Shown here: in pieces, positions 53,601-61,792 of the stretch
Layout of the letters: every line of letters starts with the position of its first letter
Position numbering within the stretch: position 1 is the stretch's first letter
Assembly: GCA_043827405.1 (NCBI GenBank)
Contig: JBDRPD010000068.1
Coordinates: 1 to 64,000 of the forward strand
Direction of reading: 5' to 3'
Source: Elusimicrobiota bacterium
GTDB lineage: Bacteria; Elusimicrobiota; Elusimicrobia; UBA1565
DNA: 64,000 nt
Translations under genes and position numbers: made by a program
The notes under the pieces: model-generated
The model's database searches: none
The model's input: the letters and a program-made list of their open reading frames with translations, nothing else
Told to the model about the DNA's origin: nothing

Positions 53601-53999
53601 GAGTTCCTGCACATGTGGATTCTGGCGGTCGCGGGCGAGCGGCCCTTCCGCACCGGCGAGGACGGAGGCCTCGAACTGGCTTTCGAACCGCGCCTGCCCG
53701 ATTGGCTCTTTACCAAGGAGGCGAGCACGCGGCCCTACACCGATCCGCAGGACGGCTGGACCGAACTTGCGGTCCCCAAAAACGCCTTCGCCTTCAAATT
53801 CCTGGGACATACCGCAATCGTCTACCACAACGAAAAGCGGCGCTCGACCTACGGCCCGCGCGCCGCGCGCCCAGGATCCTACCGCTGCCTGCTGCGCAGC
53901 GGCCGCGTCGAAGAGGTGGTCGGGGACTGCCTGCGGGGTGAGCTCGCCGCGGCCGTACGGCGCGGAGAAGTGCGGCGCATCGACGCCTACCTTGAATAG
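50688..53999 (+). CDS. Large glycoside phosphorylase, GH161/GH94-like (possible beta-1,3-glucan phosphorylase)
   Basis: FSNFFPGIAG..GIPLW.YYINRGQ, LERDY, SQGNG.YR.V.QNRR, IQLDGYNPL, EAGKPGWND.MNGLPGLFGS, GWIENESVYLHMEYKY. Confidence 0.75.
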   Translation: MSQPKARYRLEPETSSFIIENYNWGESFSNFFPGIAGKWGIPLWCYYINRGQAVASMGVGNKDGQILEFYSFNKAVMRVAREGFRTFIRADGGPVYEPFRKTRQRGVRQLMRISPAELMIRETNDRLGLEIEVRYFPLPNLPIAALARDVRIRNLRRKSRRLEWIDGAPRILPFGLNQGSIKFTSRHIEAMMGVDMFHGFPVFRLKQTAADTERIDKITDGHFYAPLGSARDRGIVVDPAVLFGETLNFDHPWSFEEEGARGVLARTQIRENKTPAAFAVRSERLAGREETRQVSFLGHVRRDEDLLPFLTALKRKSFISRKRRENTRIAGAVAHHCFTASAAPAFDAYCGQDFLDNVIRGGMPLMFDTAAGPSAFYLYSRQNGGLERDYHQFVLDATYLSQGNGHYRSVLQNRRTDTWFFPQVEDANIRTFMNLIQLDGYNPLEVRCAAYRVADEKGMRLWLRRRVRSRRTREAMQELIRRPFSPGEFLRRLEHSGGGAWNARSGARRERIIREALTFCVEDELGGLHEGFWVDHWHYNFDLLENYLMVYPDRLRRLLLERRDYTFFDDPDIILPRAKKSVDAGGRIRSYGAVVRDPDKQKMIAARISLPYTVRTRGGRGRIYRTHLLAKLLCIVVNRLATLDASGTGVEKEAGKPGWNDSMNGLPGLFGSGLSEAMELRRAVRFLHDAISDPKLADGGRVTLYGELASFIRALRKIMRRRTASRAKIADFRYWDESNSLKERYRERTKFGVTGSETKISPAELKGFLADAQELLDTLCRGPRRRRFLNRDGVPYTYFVNKVTRHRLTGGRSHLDLPLVEPRAFRQRPVRLFLEGPVHWMKARRSDAKAVYSAVRRSGIYDRKLKMYKSCEDMRGESHELGRAVGAYPRGWIENESVYLHMEYKYLLEILRAGLCREFWSDAKTCLIPFMDPAVYKRSTLEGASFLVSSAYVDPRLHGRAFQPRLSGLTCEFLHMWILAVAGERPFRTGEDGGLELAFEPRLPDWLFTKEASTRPYTDPQDGWTELAVPKNAFAFKFLGHTAIVYHNEKRRSTYGPRAARPGSYRCLLRSGRVEEVVGDCLRGELAAAVRRGEVRRIDAYLE

Positions 54000-54192
54000 C
54001 TAATAAGAAGCTGCTCGCCCGCCGCTAGATTACCCAGCGATTTCCTATCACCCCTGGCACGTTTTTACCGTGCAAGCTATGCTTTCTACAGGTCGGAAGG
54101 TCCGCGGTTGTTTGTCAAGGTACAGGAGCAGAGCGAAGCAGCGCCGTTTTGAGAAATCACTCAAAGGTGAAGCTGTCTGGAGGGTATATAAA

Positions 54193-54567
54193 ATGAAGAT
54201 GAACATAGTTTTAGCCATTATCATGGCTATGGCAACGGGCGCTGCCGGGTGCAAAAGCGCGGAGCAGACGAATCAACTCGGCAGCTATTCCGCGGCATCG
54301 GCTAAAAGCGTTGATGCAATCGCTGCGACCGACTTCGCGATCAAAGCTAAGGAAATGGAGATGCGGAAAAGCGCTGATACAGCTTCAGCGAAAATCAGCC
54401 TCATCAAGATTATCAATGTTCAAAAGCAGGTTGTTTCGGGAATAAACTTTAGAATCAGATTCAGAGTGAATCTGGATGGCGTGGAAAAAGAAGCGGAAGC
54501 TATCGTATGGCATCAGGCTTGGAGAAAACCGGAGCCGTATCGTCTGATGTCGTGGAATTGGATGTAG
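54193..54567 (+). CDS. Cystatin-like lipoprotein (cysteine protease inhibitor fold)
   Basis: Lipobox AAGC; QVVSG (QxVxG) motif; downstream AW; AT-richer than its flanks. Confidence 0.75.
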   Translation: MKMNIVLAIIMAMATGAAGCKSAEQTNQLGSYSAASAKSVDAIAATDFAIKAKEMEMRKSADTASAKISLIKIINVQKQVVSGINFRIRFRVNLDGVEKEAEAIVWHQAWRKPEPYRLMSWNWM

Positions 54568-54657
54568 TCTGCCCGCGGTCGCCTCTAAGCATTCCGCGCG
54601 GCGGAATCGCGCCAGGGTCGCGCGTTAAATCAGCGGGAAGGGACGGCTGCGGTGCGA

Positions 54658-54692
54658 CCAAGATGCATGGTTAGGGATCATCATAATCTTGG
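54658..54692. repeat. Palindromic element, copy 1 (direct repeat of 56635-56667)
   Basis: CATGGTTAGGGATCATCATAATCTTGG (54666-54692) matches 56641-56667 at 25/27 positions; CCAAGAT...ATCTTGG stem. Confidence 0.7.
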
Positions 54693-54780
54693 GCAGATCG
54701 AACGCACCTGCCTGGTCTTCGACGCCGAAGGGGGGATGCTCTTGATCGACCAGCACGCGGCGTAGGAGAAAATCCTCGCT
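54688..54780 (+). pseudogene. mutL: Remnant of the MutL C-terminal endonuclease region with an in-frame stop
   Basis: Translates LGQIERTCLVFDAEGGMLLIDQHAA*EKILA, matching the MutL GQ...IDQHAAxER motif; TAG at 54763-54765. Confidence 0.75.
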
Positions 54781-54801
54781 GCACCTGGACCGCAACGAAC
54801 T

Positions 54802-54827
54802 CGCCCGGCGCTTCGGCCGGCCGGGCG
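54802..54827. terminator. GC-rich hairpin downstream of the ECF cassette
   Basis: CGCCCGGC (54802-54809) pairs with GCCGGGCG (54820-54827); no clear U-tract. Confidence 0.3.
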
Positions 54828-54840
54828 CCCCGCCCCGCGG

Positions 54841-55428
54841 CTAGCGCCACTCCCAGCTTTCTTCGTCGCCGGTGATTTCGTTGAGGTGCCTATCGACGAT
54901 CTTCTTCTTGAGATTGCGGCGCTTGGTGATGCGCTCCCGGAGTTTCGCGATATCCTCCTCCATTTTTTTAAGATGCATCTCCTGCTTCGCGAGCCTCGCG
55001 TCGAACTGCACGGCCAAGGCTGCTCTCATTTCTTTCTTGAGGCTCTCCTTCTGCGCATCGTCCTCGGACTTGCGGTACTGCATGATGAGTTCCTGCGTCT
55101 TGTGCTCGGAGGCGGCGTTCTTTAGGAACATCTCCCGCTGCTTGGGATCGCGCAGCATCGGCGCCATATGCCGGACCCGCTCGCGAAATTCCTTCGGGTT
55201 GCGTTTGCGCATCTGCACCAACTTCTGGTGCATTTTCGGATTGTGCTTCTTGATTTCGGCAAGCGCCTTCTCGAGCTCCTCCTTTTGTCCCTCGCCCAAG
55301 TCCATGCCCGGGTCATGCCGCTCTCCCGCCATCGCTTCGTCATGTTCCTGAGCCCAGCCCGCTTGCGGCGCCGCGGTGAGCACCGCGAAAAGTCCCGCCG
55401 CCACGACCGCCATTGCAATGTTTCTCAT
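54841..55428 (-). CDS. Exported helical Met/Lys/Glu-rich protein (Spy/CpxP-like accessory of the ECF cassette)
   Basis: Signal peptide (AGWAQ), coiled-coil composition, third gene of a sigma/anti-sigma operon. Confidence 0.65.
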   Translation of the reverse strand: MRNIAMAVVAAGLFAVLTAAPQAGWAQEHDEAMAGERHDPGMDLGEGQKEELEKALAEIKKHNPKMHQKLVQMRKRNPKEFRERVRHMAPMLRDPKQREMFLKNAASEHKTQELIMQYRKSEDDAQKESLKKEMRAALAVQFDARLAKQEMHLKKMEEDIAKLRERITKRRNLKKKIVDRHLNEITGDEESWEWR

Positions 55429-55429
55429 C

Positions 55430-55930
55430 TCATCCCCCTTGGATCCGTCCCTCTATCCATTCCGATTCCCGCCGCAGTCTCTCAAGCTCCGAATCTATCT
55501 CCACCGACGTGTCGTCAAGAGCAAGCGAGCGGTCCAGGCTTTCGAGCTGGGCGTCGAGTCGCTCAATACCGCTCTCGACACCGCTGATCCACGCCAGTTC
55601 GTCGTAGGAATTCGTCGGTGCCATGGCAAAGTATGTCCCGATCGCCAGCATGGCCGCGGCCGCGACCAAAATCCTCCCACCCCAAAATGGACGCAGGCTA
55701 TCTTCTGGCGGCGCTTCATCGAGCACGCGTTCGACGATCCGGTCCCTCGCCCCTTCGGAAACAGATACGGCGGCGAGCGCGGCGGCCTGCGTTCCCGTTT
55801 CGAGCGCCCGTGTCAGAGCCGCGCAGTCGGCGCAGCCCTCTCGGTGCGCGCGAAAGCGTTCGCCCTCCGCGGATGGAAGCTCACCGGCCAGATAGAGCAG
55901 GCAGGATTCGTCATGCTCAGCACTATGCAT
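55430..55930 (-). CDS. Zinc-binding (zf-HC2) transmembrane anti-sigma factor
   Basis: YLAGEL...H-x3-C-x2-C (HREGCADC) followed by one TM. Confidence 0.88.
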   Translation of the reverse strand: MHSAEHDESCLLYLAGELPSAEGERFRAHREGCADCAALTRALETGTQAAALAAVSVSEGARDRIVERVLDEAPPEDSLRPFWGGRILVAAAAMLAIGTYFAMAPTNSYDELAWISGVESGIERLDAQLESLDRSLALDDTSVEIDSELERLRRESEWIEGRIQGG

Positions 55931-56486
55931 CCAGGTCCCCCAACTTATCGCGAAGCTTCAATACGGCGTAGCGCATTCGGGCAAGCGCCGTTCCCAAGGG
56001 GCAGCCGGTCTCGCGGGCGATCTCGGCGAAGCTCAAGCCCCCGTACTCCCGCAGCAGAAAGACCTCCCGCTGATCCTCGGGCAAAGCCGCGACCGCAGCG
56101 TCGATGCGCGCTCCCATAGCGGAGGAGTCGGCCAGCCGCTCCGGACCCACCGCGGAATCGGCGTACCTCTCTCTCTCTCCGATTCCTTCCGCGGCATCAA
56201 GCGAAGCCGTCCGTCGGCGCCTGATCTTGTCTTCGTGATCGAGGGCCGTTCTGCGCGCGATGGTGAACAGCCATCCCGCCAGGCTCCCGCGCGCCTCGTA
56301 CGCGTCGCGATTTTTCCAGACCTTCACGAAGACCTCCTGAAGCACGTCGTCGGCCGCGGAAACATCCGTCATCCGATGATATAAGTAGCTGAATAACGGC
56401 CGCTGATATCGCCCGATAAGTTTCCGGACGGCGTCGGGATTACGCGACAAAAGCAGGCGCTCGCACTCAATTTCTCCCGAATCCAC
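55923..56486 (-). CDS. ECF RNA polymerase sigma factor
   Basis: DDVLQEVFVKVW, WLFTIARR..LD, LPEDQREVFLLR...SFAEIA...GTALARMRYA; GGGAG before GTG 56486. Confidence 0.93.
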   Translation of the reverse strand: MDSGEIECERLLLSRNPDAVRKLIGRYQRPLFSYLYHRMTDVSAADDVLQEVFVKVWKNRDAYEARGSLAGWLFTIARRTALDHEDKIRRRRTASLDAAEGIGERERYADSAVGPERLADSSAMGARIDAAVAALPEDQREVFLLREYGGLSFAEIARETGCPLGTALARMRYAVLKLRDKLGDLDA

Positions 56487-56634
56487 GTTGCGCTCCCATA
56501 CTGCATAACGGACAGGACAGCGATTTATTGTATTGCGCCTGGAGACCGGACTCAAGGAGCCGGCGAGATTCGGCGCGGAGAGTCTTTGCTTCTTTTTAGC
56601 TAAGGCGAGCTCCTTTCCGCGGATCGCTCCTTTG

Positions 56635-56667
56635 CCGGATCATCGTTAGGGATCAGCATAATCTTGG
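56635..56667. repeat. Palindromic element, copy 2
   Basis: CATCGTTAGGGATCAGCATAATCTTGG at 56641-56667, inside an imperfect TGCCGGAT...ATCTTGGCA stem. Confidence 0.7.
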
Positions 56668-56710
56668 CATGTTTAAAGCCGGTAATTAACGCTTCTTCGC
56701 GCAGCGCTTG

Positions 56711-56753
56711 ACCCCGGCGCGAAAACCCGGGCGCGACACCCGGGCGCGACACC
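56711..56753. repeat. Tandem 13-bp repeat ACCCGGGCGCGAC (two perfect copies, one degenerate)
   Basis: Copies at 56725-56737 and 56738-56750, variant at 56711-56723. Confidence 0.75.
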
Positions 56754-56782
56754 TTGCGAAGAGCCTCTTACCCTGATACACT
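56754..56782 (+). promoter_or_regulatory. Putative sigma70 promoter of the HEAT/HD-GYP/GT operon
   Basis: TTGCGA, 17 nt spacer, TACACT with an extended -10 TG. Confidence 0.5.
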
Positions 56783-56813
56783 ACCGCTGGCTTCGTAAAG
56801 CCGGAATCAGCCC

Positions 56814-58628
56814 ATGGCCGACGCCGCGCAAAAAAAAGACGCCGCCGTCCCGTCGACGACCGCGGCCCCGATTGACAGGAACAAGCTGAAGGCCGTCAAC
56901 GCCTTCCTGGAGAGCTTCGTCAAAGGGGCGAAGACCATCGCGCTCTACAAGGAAGGGCATGAGATGATCGGGCAGATCGTCTCCCGCGTCAACAACCTGC
57001 TGCGCACCGCGCTCGGCCGCGAGCCGAACCTTACGATCCGCGTCAAATCCAAGAACATCTATTTCGAGGAGGCGACCATCGAAGAGACCGAGGAGATGAT
57101 TTCCTTCGCCGCCACCATGCACGTGCTCGGCATCGGCCAGGTCATGTTCTCCGGCAAGCTGCAGGACGAGGGGATGATGAAGTTTATGCGCATCCTCACC
57201 GAGCGGCCGGACGTCAAACGCTCGCTTATCGATATGCAGAAGGAGATCCAGCAGACCCGCATCGACGGCCTGCAGCTGGTCAGCATCATGAGCTTCGTCG
57301 AGACCGATGACTCGGTGGAGCAGATGACGCCGGGACACCTTACCGAGGAGGAAGTGCAGGACGTCGTGGCGGCGGCCACGCTTCCCGACTTCCTGTTTCT
57401 CCTTTTCCATCAGAACGAGCCGCTGACCGGCAAGCAGGCGGACAAGCTGACGGTTCTATTCGACGAGGTTATGGACCGCAGCATCTCTCTCGACGACTTC
57501 GCCGGCCGCATGCCCTGGGACCTGTACGACCCGCGGGTGCGGCAGCGCTGGGACCAACTGCTGCAGGATATCGCCGGGCGGACGAAGTGGACGCGGGCTG
57601 CGCTCTGCTCGGACCTGTCCGTCATGACCGCCGCAGATAAAGCGTTCAAGGAAAACGAGAAGCCGCTGGAGGCCGCCGCCGCCTTTGGTTATGCGCTGGC
57701 CTACGTTCACACGGTGCTCGCCAAGCCCGCCGGCGACAAGCAGCCGAAGTACGCCCTGTTCGCCTATACGCGCCTGCTCGGTTCCATGGCCCTCCGCGGC
57801 GAGCTCCAGGGGCTGCTCAAAGAGGTCGAGATTTGGCGCAGTATGGCCGCGGATGCCAAGTGGGCGGCGTATTTGGCGGCGCTGAGAAAGGAAGTGCAGG
57901 CGCAGATTCCGCAGGCGGCCCTAGCGAAGAATTTGGTCGCGGCGCTCAAGGAAGTGGAGCCGGAGAGCCCCGGGTTTCAAACGCTTAATGATTTCGTGCT
58001 TACTATCGGACACGGCATCGTGCCGCTGCTGCTGGCCGACCTCAAGGAGGTCGGCGACAAGGCGCACCGGCAGAAGGTCTGCGCCCTGCTGGCCGCGGTT
58101 TGCCGGCGGCTCGGTCCCGACGACCTGTTCGCGGCGCTCGGCGATGAGGACTATTTCCAGGTCGTGCTGGTGGTGGGCATCCTGAACGAAATCAATATGC
58201 CGGGCTCCGCGGAAAAAGTCGCGCCGCTGCTCCAGCACTCTCATGCCAAGGTGCGGCAGGCGGTGTTTCAGGCGCTGCGCCGCTTCGGCGGCGACGCGTC
58301 GGTCAGCGGCATGGCGAACTTTATCGTCACTCACAACGATGAGAATGAGGTCAAGCTGGCGGTTACCTCGCTGTCCTTGATCAACCATCCGAAAGTGGGC
58401 CAGAAGCTTGTCGAGGCCTATATGGCCAATGAGAATACCGCCGTCCGGGTGGCGCTGGTGACCGCCTTGGGCCGTTTCGGCACCACCGATACGCTGAACT
58501 TCCTGCAATCGCTCGATCACTGGGGCTGGCTCGACTGGGCGACCGGGAAGAACAAAGAGCTGCGCATCGCGGTGCGGGCCTCTATTCTGCAGGTGAAAAA
58601 GGAGCTGGAAGATGGCGCGGCGAATTAG
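56814..58628 (+). CDS. HEAT-repeat protein
   Basis: C-terminal PBS-lyase/HEAT repeats (LLQHSHAKVRQAVFQALRRFG, VRVALVTALGRFG). Confidence 0.85.
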   Translation: MADAAQKKDAAVPSTTAAPIDRNKLKAVNAFLESFVKGAKTIALYKEGHEMIGQIVSRVNNLLRTALGREPNLTIRVKSKNIYFEEATIEETEEMISFAATMHVLGIGQVMFSGKLQDEGMMKFMRILTERPDVKRSLIDMQKEIQQTRIDGLQLVSIMSFVETDDSVEQMTPGHLTEEEVQDVVAAATLPDFLFLLFHQNEPLTGKQADKLTVLFDEVMDRSISLDDFAGRMPWDLYDPRVRQRWDQLLQDIAGRTKWTRAALCSDLSVMTAADKAFKENEKPLEAAAAFGYALAYVHTVLAKPAGDKQPKYALFAYTRLLGSMALRGELQGLLKEVEIWRSMAADAKWAAYLAALRKEVQAQIPQAALAKNLVAALKEVEPESPGFQTLNDFVLTIGHGIVPLLLADLKEVGDKAHRQKVCALLAAVCRRLGPDDLFAALGDEDYFQVVLVVGILNEINMPGSAEKVAPLLQHSHAKVRQAVFQALRRFGGDASVSGMANFIVTHNDENEVKLAVTSLSLINHPKVGQKLVEAYMANENTAVRVALVTALGRFGTTDTLNFLQSLDHWGWLDWATGKNKELRIAVRASILQVKKELEDGAAN

Positions 58629-60096
58629 ACGGTCGCGCGCGCAGCTCAAGTGCTGGAACGAGCTGGTCGCCACCGTCAAGCTGATCAACTTCGCTCTTAA
58701 CAACGTGAGCATCTATCCCGCGACCCACTCCGAGGTCAAGGATGTGGTCCAGCGCCTGCACAACCAGATGCGGCCGATTTTCAACGAGCAGGACGACCTC
58801 GGTATCGGCTATATGGACGAGGTCCTCTATATTGAGGGCGCGATGTCGATCGATGAAACGCGCAATAACGAAATGCTCATCGAGCGGGTGAAGTTCTGCC
58901 GTATCAAGTACCTGACCATAATGAAGGACGCCAGCGTCGAGGATCTGCTGCAGTTCTTCGTTGTCGTCAACGAGGCGTCCAAATCCGTCAACCATCGGCC
59001 GCTGCCGGAGCTGCTCGACGAGGCGGGCGTGGAGACCGTCAGCATCGTGGAGGCCGAGGCCGATGAGGAGGCGGACCGGAAAGGCCGCCGCAAGACGCTG
59101 CTCGACTGGTACGAGAAGATCATCGAGGCTCTGCCGCAGTTCCACAAGAAGATTCTCGATGACCCCCGGGCCGACCTGCGTCCGCTCTATCGCATCGCCG
59201 ATGACATGATGGCGACGATGCGCACCAAGGGGCATGATGCGTTTCTGCTGCTGCCGGTTTTGAGCCGGCGCTTCGATCCGCATATGGCGCATAACGTCAA
59301 CGTCGCGATCTACTGCGGGGCGTTGGGCTACCAGTACGGGCTCAATGCCGGCCAGGTCCAGACCCTGTGCGTCGCGGCCTTCCTCCATGACGTGGGCCGC
59401 TGCATTATCCCGCTGGAATGGGCCAAGGAGGAGAGCCCGCTCTCGCTCTTCGAGCGCGCGGTCGTCAGCCAGCATCCCGCTTGGAGCTTCCTGCTGCTCG
59501 CCCGCAACCCCGAACTGCCGGCGCCGATTCCGCTGTTGGCGGCCCATCACCACGACAACCCGGCCCAGGCATCCGCCGCGACGGGCTATACGCCCGACAT
59601 TATGCACAAGATTCTCAGCGCCGCCGATACCTTCGACCTGGCGGCGCTCAGCGACCGGATCTACTGGAAAAAGGCGCGCCATGACCGCATGCTCCGGCGT
59701 ATTCTGCACCGGCGCGGCCGGTGGTACGATCCGACGGTGGCCAAGGCGCTGGTCCAGCTGGTGGGCTACTATCCCCCGGGGACTTTGCTGCGGCTGGCCG
59801 ACGGCCAACGCGGCATCGTGGTGCGCAACGATCCCGGCCATGCCGCCCGGCCGCTGGTCTACCTGTTCGACGCCCCGGCGCCCGTGGTCGAGAAAAAAGA
59901 GATGGAGAAAGGCATCGCGCCGGAGTTCGATATCGGTCCGCCTCCGGCTCTCCTCGACCTGATGGAGCTTGAGAAAGGGCGGCTGCGCTTCAAGCATGCG
60001 GTGGCGGCGACTCTGGGAGCGGCCGAGGGCGTCGATGTCGCCGCCTTGATCGATGCCAAAAAGGAGCACCTCCTCGATCCCCAACTCGCCGCCTGA
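58612..60096 (+). CDS. HD-GYP-like metal-dependent phosphohydrolase (atypical GYP loop)
   Basis: HNVNV, LHDVG, QHP, HHD, ADTFD, GYYPPGTLLRL. Confidence 0.82.
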   Translation: MARRIRRSRAQLKCWNELVATVKLINFALNNVSIYPATHSEVKDVVQRLHNQMRPIFNEQDDLGIGYMDEVLYIEGAMSIDETRNNEMLIERVKFCRIKYLTIMKDASVEDLLQFFVVVNEASKSVNHRPLPELLDEAGVETVSIVEAEADEEADRKGRRKTLLDWYEKIIEALPQFHKKILDDPRADLRPLYRIADDMMATMRTKGHDAFLLLPVLSRRFDPHMAHNVNVAIYCGALGYQYGLNAGQVQTLCVAAFLHDVGRCIIPLEWAKEESPLSLFERAVVSQHPAWSFLLLARNPELPAPIPLLAAHHHDNPAQASAATGYTPDIMHKILSAADTFDLAALSDRIYWKKARHDRMLRRILHRRGRWYDPTVAKALVQLVGYYPPGTLLRLADGQRGIVVRNDPGHAARPLVYLFDAPAPVVEKKEMEKGIAPEFDIGPPPALLDLMELEKGRLRFKHAVAATLGAAEGVDVAALIDAKKEHLLDPQLAA

Positions 60097-60112
60097 TGGC
60101 GCCGGCTTACCG

Positions 60113-61792
60113 ATGAGCGAGAGATCTTCCCCGCGGCGCTGGATCGTCCTGGCGGCCGCGCTCATCCTCCTGCATGCCGCTCTGGGGCTTTGGTCGATCA
60201 CCACGCATAGCGCCACTTTCGACGAGCCGGCGCATATCGCATCGGGCCGCGTCTTCTGGGAGAGGGGCCAGGCGGTGGATACTTTTCACGCGCCGCTGCC
60301 GCAGCTGTGGGCGGCTCTGCCGCTGCTGGGGCTCGACCTCAAGGTCCCCTACGACACCCAAGAGTACCGCGGGAGGTTTATGTACGCCTTCGGTGAGCGC
60401 CTCCTGTACTACAGCGGCAACGACGCCGACCGGCTGCTGCGGCGCGCGCGCGCCATGAACCTGCTGCTTTCCCTGGCACTGGCCGCCGTCCTGTGGAGCT
60501 GGACGCGGCGGCGCTGGGGCGAGGCGCCGGCGGCCTGCGCTCTCGCGCTCTATGCCTGCTCGCCCAGCATCCTCGCGCACGCGACGGTCGCCATGACCGA
60601 TATGCCCGCGGTCTTTTTTATGACCCTATCGATTCTGGCCTTCCTCTCTTTTCTGGAGCGTCCGGGCCGCCGGCCGGCGCTGGCGGCGGCGGCGGCCGCG
60701 GCCGCGGCTCTGCTGTGCAAGTTCTCGGCGCTGGTGCTGTGGCCGCTGTTCGCGGCGGCGCTGGTTGGCGAATTCCTGCGGGATCGCCGCAAAGGAGCGG
60801 AGACGGCCGCCTGCTTCGCGCGCTGGGCCTGCCTGCCGGGCCTGGCCGCGGCGGTGCTCTACTTCGTTTTTTATCCGCCGGCGGCCGCGGGCTTTATCCA
60901 GCGGCTGACCATGGTAACGGGCGGCGAGCATCCGACCTTTCTGCTGGGCCGCACCTCGCGGACCGGCTGGCTCGCCTACTACCCGGTGGCGCTGCTGGCG
61001 AAATCCACTCTGGTGGAGCTGGCGGTGCTGGGCGCGGCGCTATGGACGCTGCGCCGGCGCGCAGAGGCGCCGCCGTCCGTCCGGGTCGCGCTGCTGGCCG
61101 CCGGCCTGCTGCTGGCGGTGGTAGCCAAGAGCCATATCCAGGTCGGCGCCCGCTACATCCTGCTGATCTATCCGCTGCTGGCACTGGCGGCGGCGCCGCT
61201 GGCCGCCCGGCTCATTGCGCGGACGCCGCGGGCGATGACCATCCTTCTCGCCGGCGGCCTGCTGCAGGCGGCGGCGGCGTTTATCGCGATGCCGCATTTT
61301 ATCGCCTTCTTCAATCAGGCGGCGGGGGGGCCGGCGAACGGATACCGCATCCTGGTGGACTCCAACCTCGACTGGGGCCAGGAGCTCAAGGCGCTGGGCG
61401 CGGCGCATCGCCGTGCCGGCCGGCCCGAGGTGGTGCTGGCCTATTTCGGCACCGCTTCGGCGGAGTATCACGGCGTTCTCGCCCAGCAGCTTAAAGCCAC
61501 GGCCGCGATCGCGCGCCGGCACCGCAACTCGGACCGGCCGCGGGCCGAATGGCTGGTGGTGAGCGCGACCTTCCTGTCCGGCGCCTATGTCGGCCGCGAA
61601 ACCTTCGCCTGGCTGCGCGGGCGCGAGCCGCTGATGGTGCTCGGCCACAGCCTGTTCGTCTACGATATCACGCGCGATGGCGCCGCGCACCGGCGCTTGG
61701 CCGAGCTCTATGCCGCCGAGGGCGATCCGGCGCTGGCGGCGCGCGAGCGCATCCGTGCCGAGCTCATCGCCGCGGAGGAAGCGAAAGGATGA
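60113..61792 (+). CDS. GT-C fold (ArnT/PMT_2-like) membrane glycosyltransferase
   Basis: SATFDEPAHIASG, HAPL, MTD, KFSAL, RYILLIYP, DSNLDWGQ; many TMs. Confidence 0.85.
   Translation: MSERSSPRRWIVLAAALILLHAALGLWSITTHSATFDEPAHIASGRVFWERGQAVDTFHAPLPQLWAALPLLGLDLKVPYDTQEYRGRFMYAFGERLLYYSGNDADRLLRRARAMNLLLSLALAAVLWSWTRRRWGEAPAACALALYACSPSILAHATVAMTDMPAVFFMTLSILAFLSFLERPGRRPALAAAAAAAAALLCKFSALVLWPLFAAALVGEFLRDRRKGAETAACFARWACLPGLAAAVLYFVFYPPAAAGFIQRLTMVTGGEHPTFLLGRTSRTGWLAYYPVALLAKSTLVELAVLGAALWTLRRRAEAPPSVRVALLAAGLLLAVVAKSHIQVGARYILLIYPLLALAAAPLAARLIARTPRAMTILLAGGLLQAAAAFIAMPHFIAFFNQAAGGPANGYRILVDSNLDWGQELKALGAAHRRAGRPEVVLAYFGTASAEYHGVLAQQLKATAAIARRHRNSDRPRAEWLVVSATFLSGAYVGRETFAWLRGREPLMVLGHSLFVYDITRDGAAHRRLAELYAAEGDPALAARERIRAELIAAEEAKG

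Noticed and set aside
54570..54700. Integron attC site after the cystatin gene (GTTAAAT, GTTAGGG)
   Set aside because: No matching RYYYAAC inverse core, no convincing attC stem and no integrase.
56167..56179. (CT)6 tract in the ECF sigma gene as a phase-variation switch
   Set aside because: Short, in frame and explained by Glu-Arg codons.
54658..56753. CRISPR array
   Set aside because: Only two copies about 2 kb apart plus a short tandem repeat; no regular spacers or cas genes.
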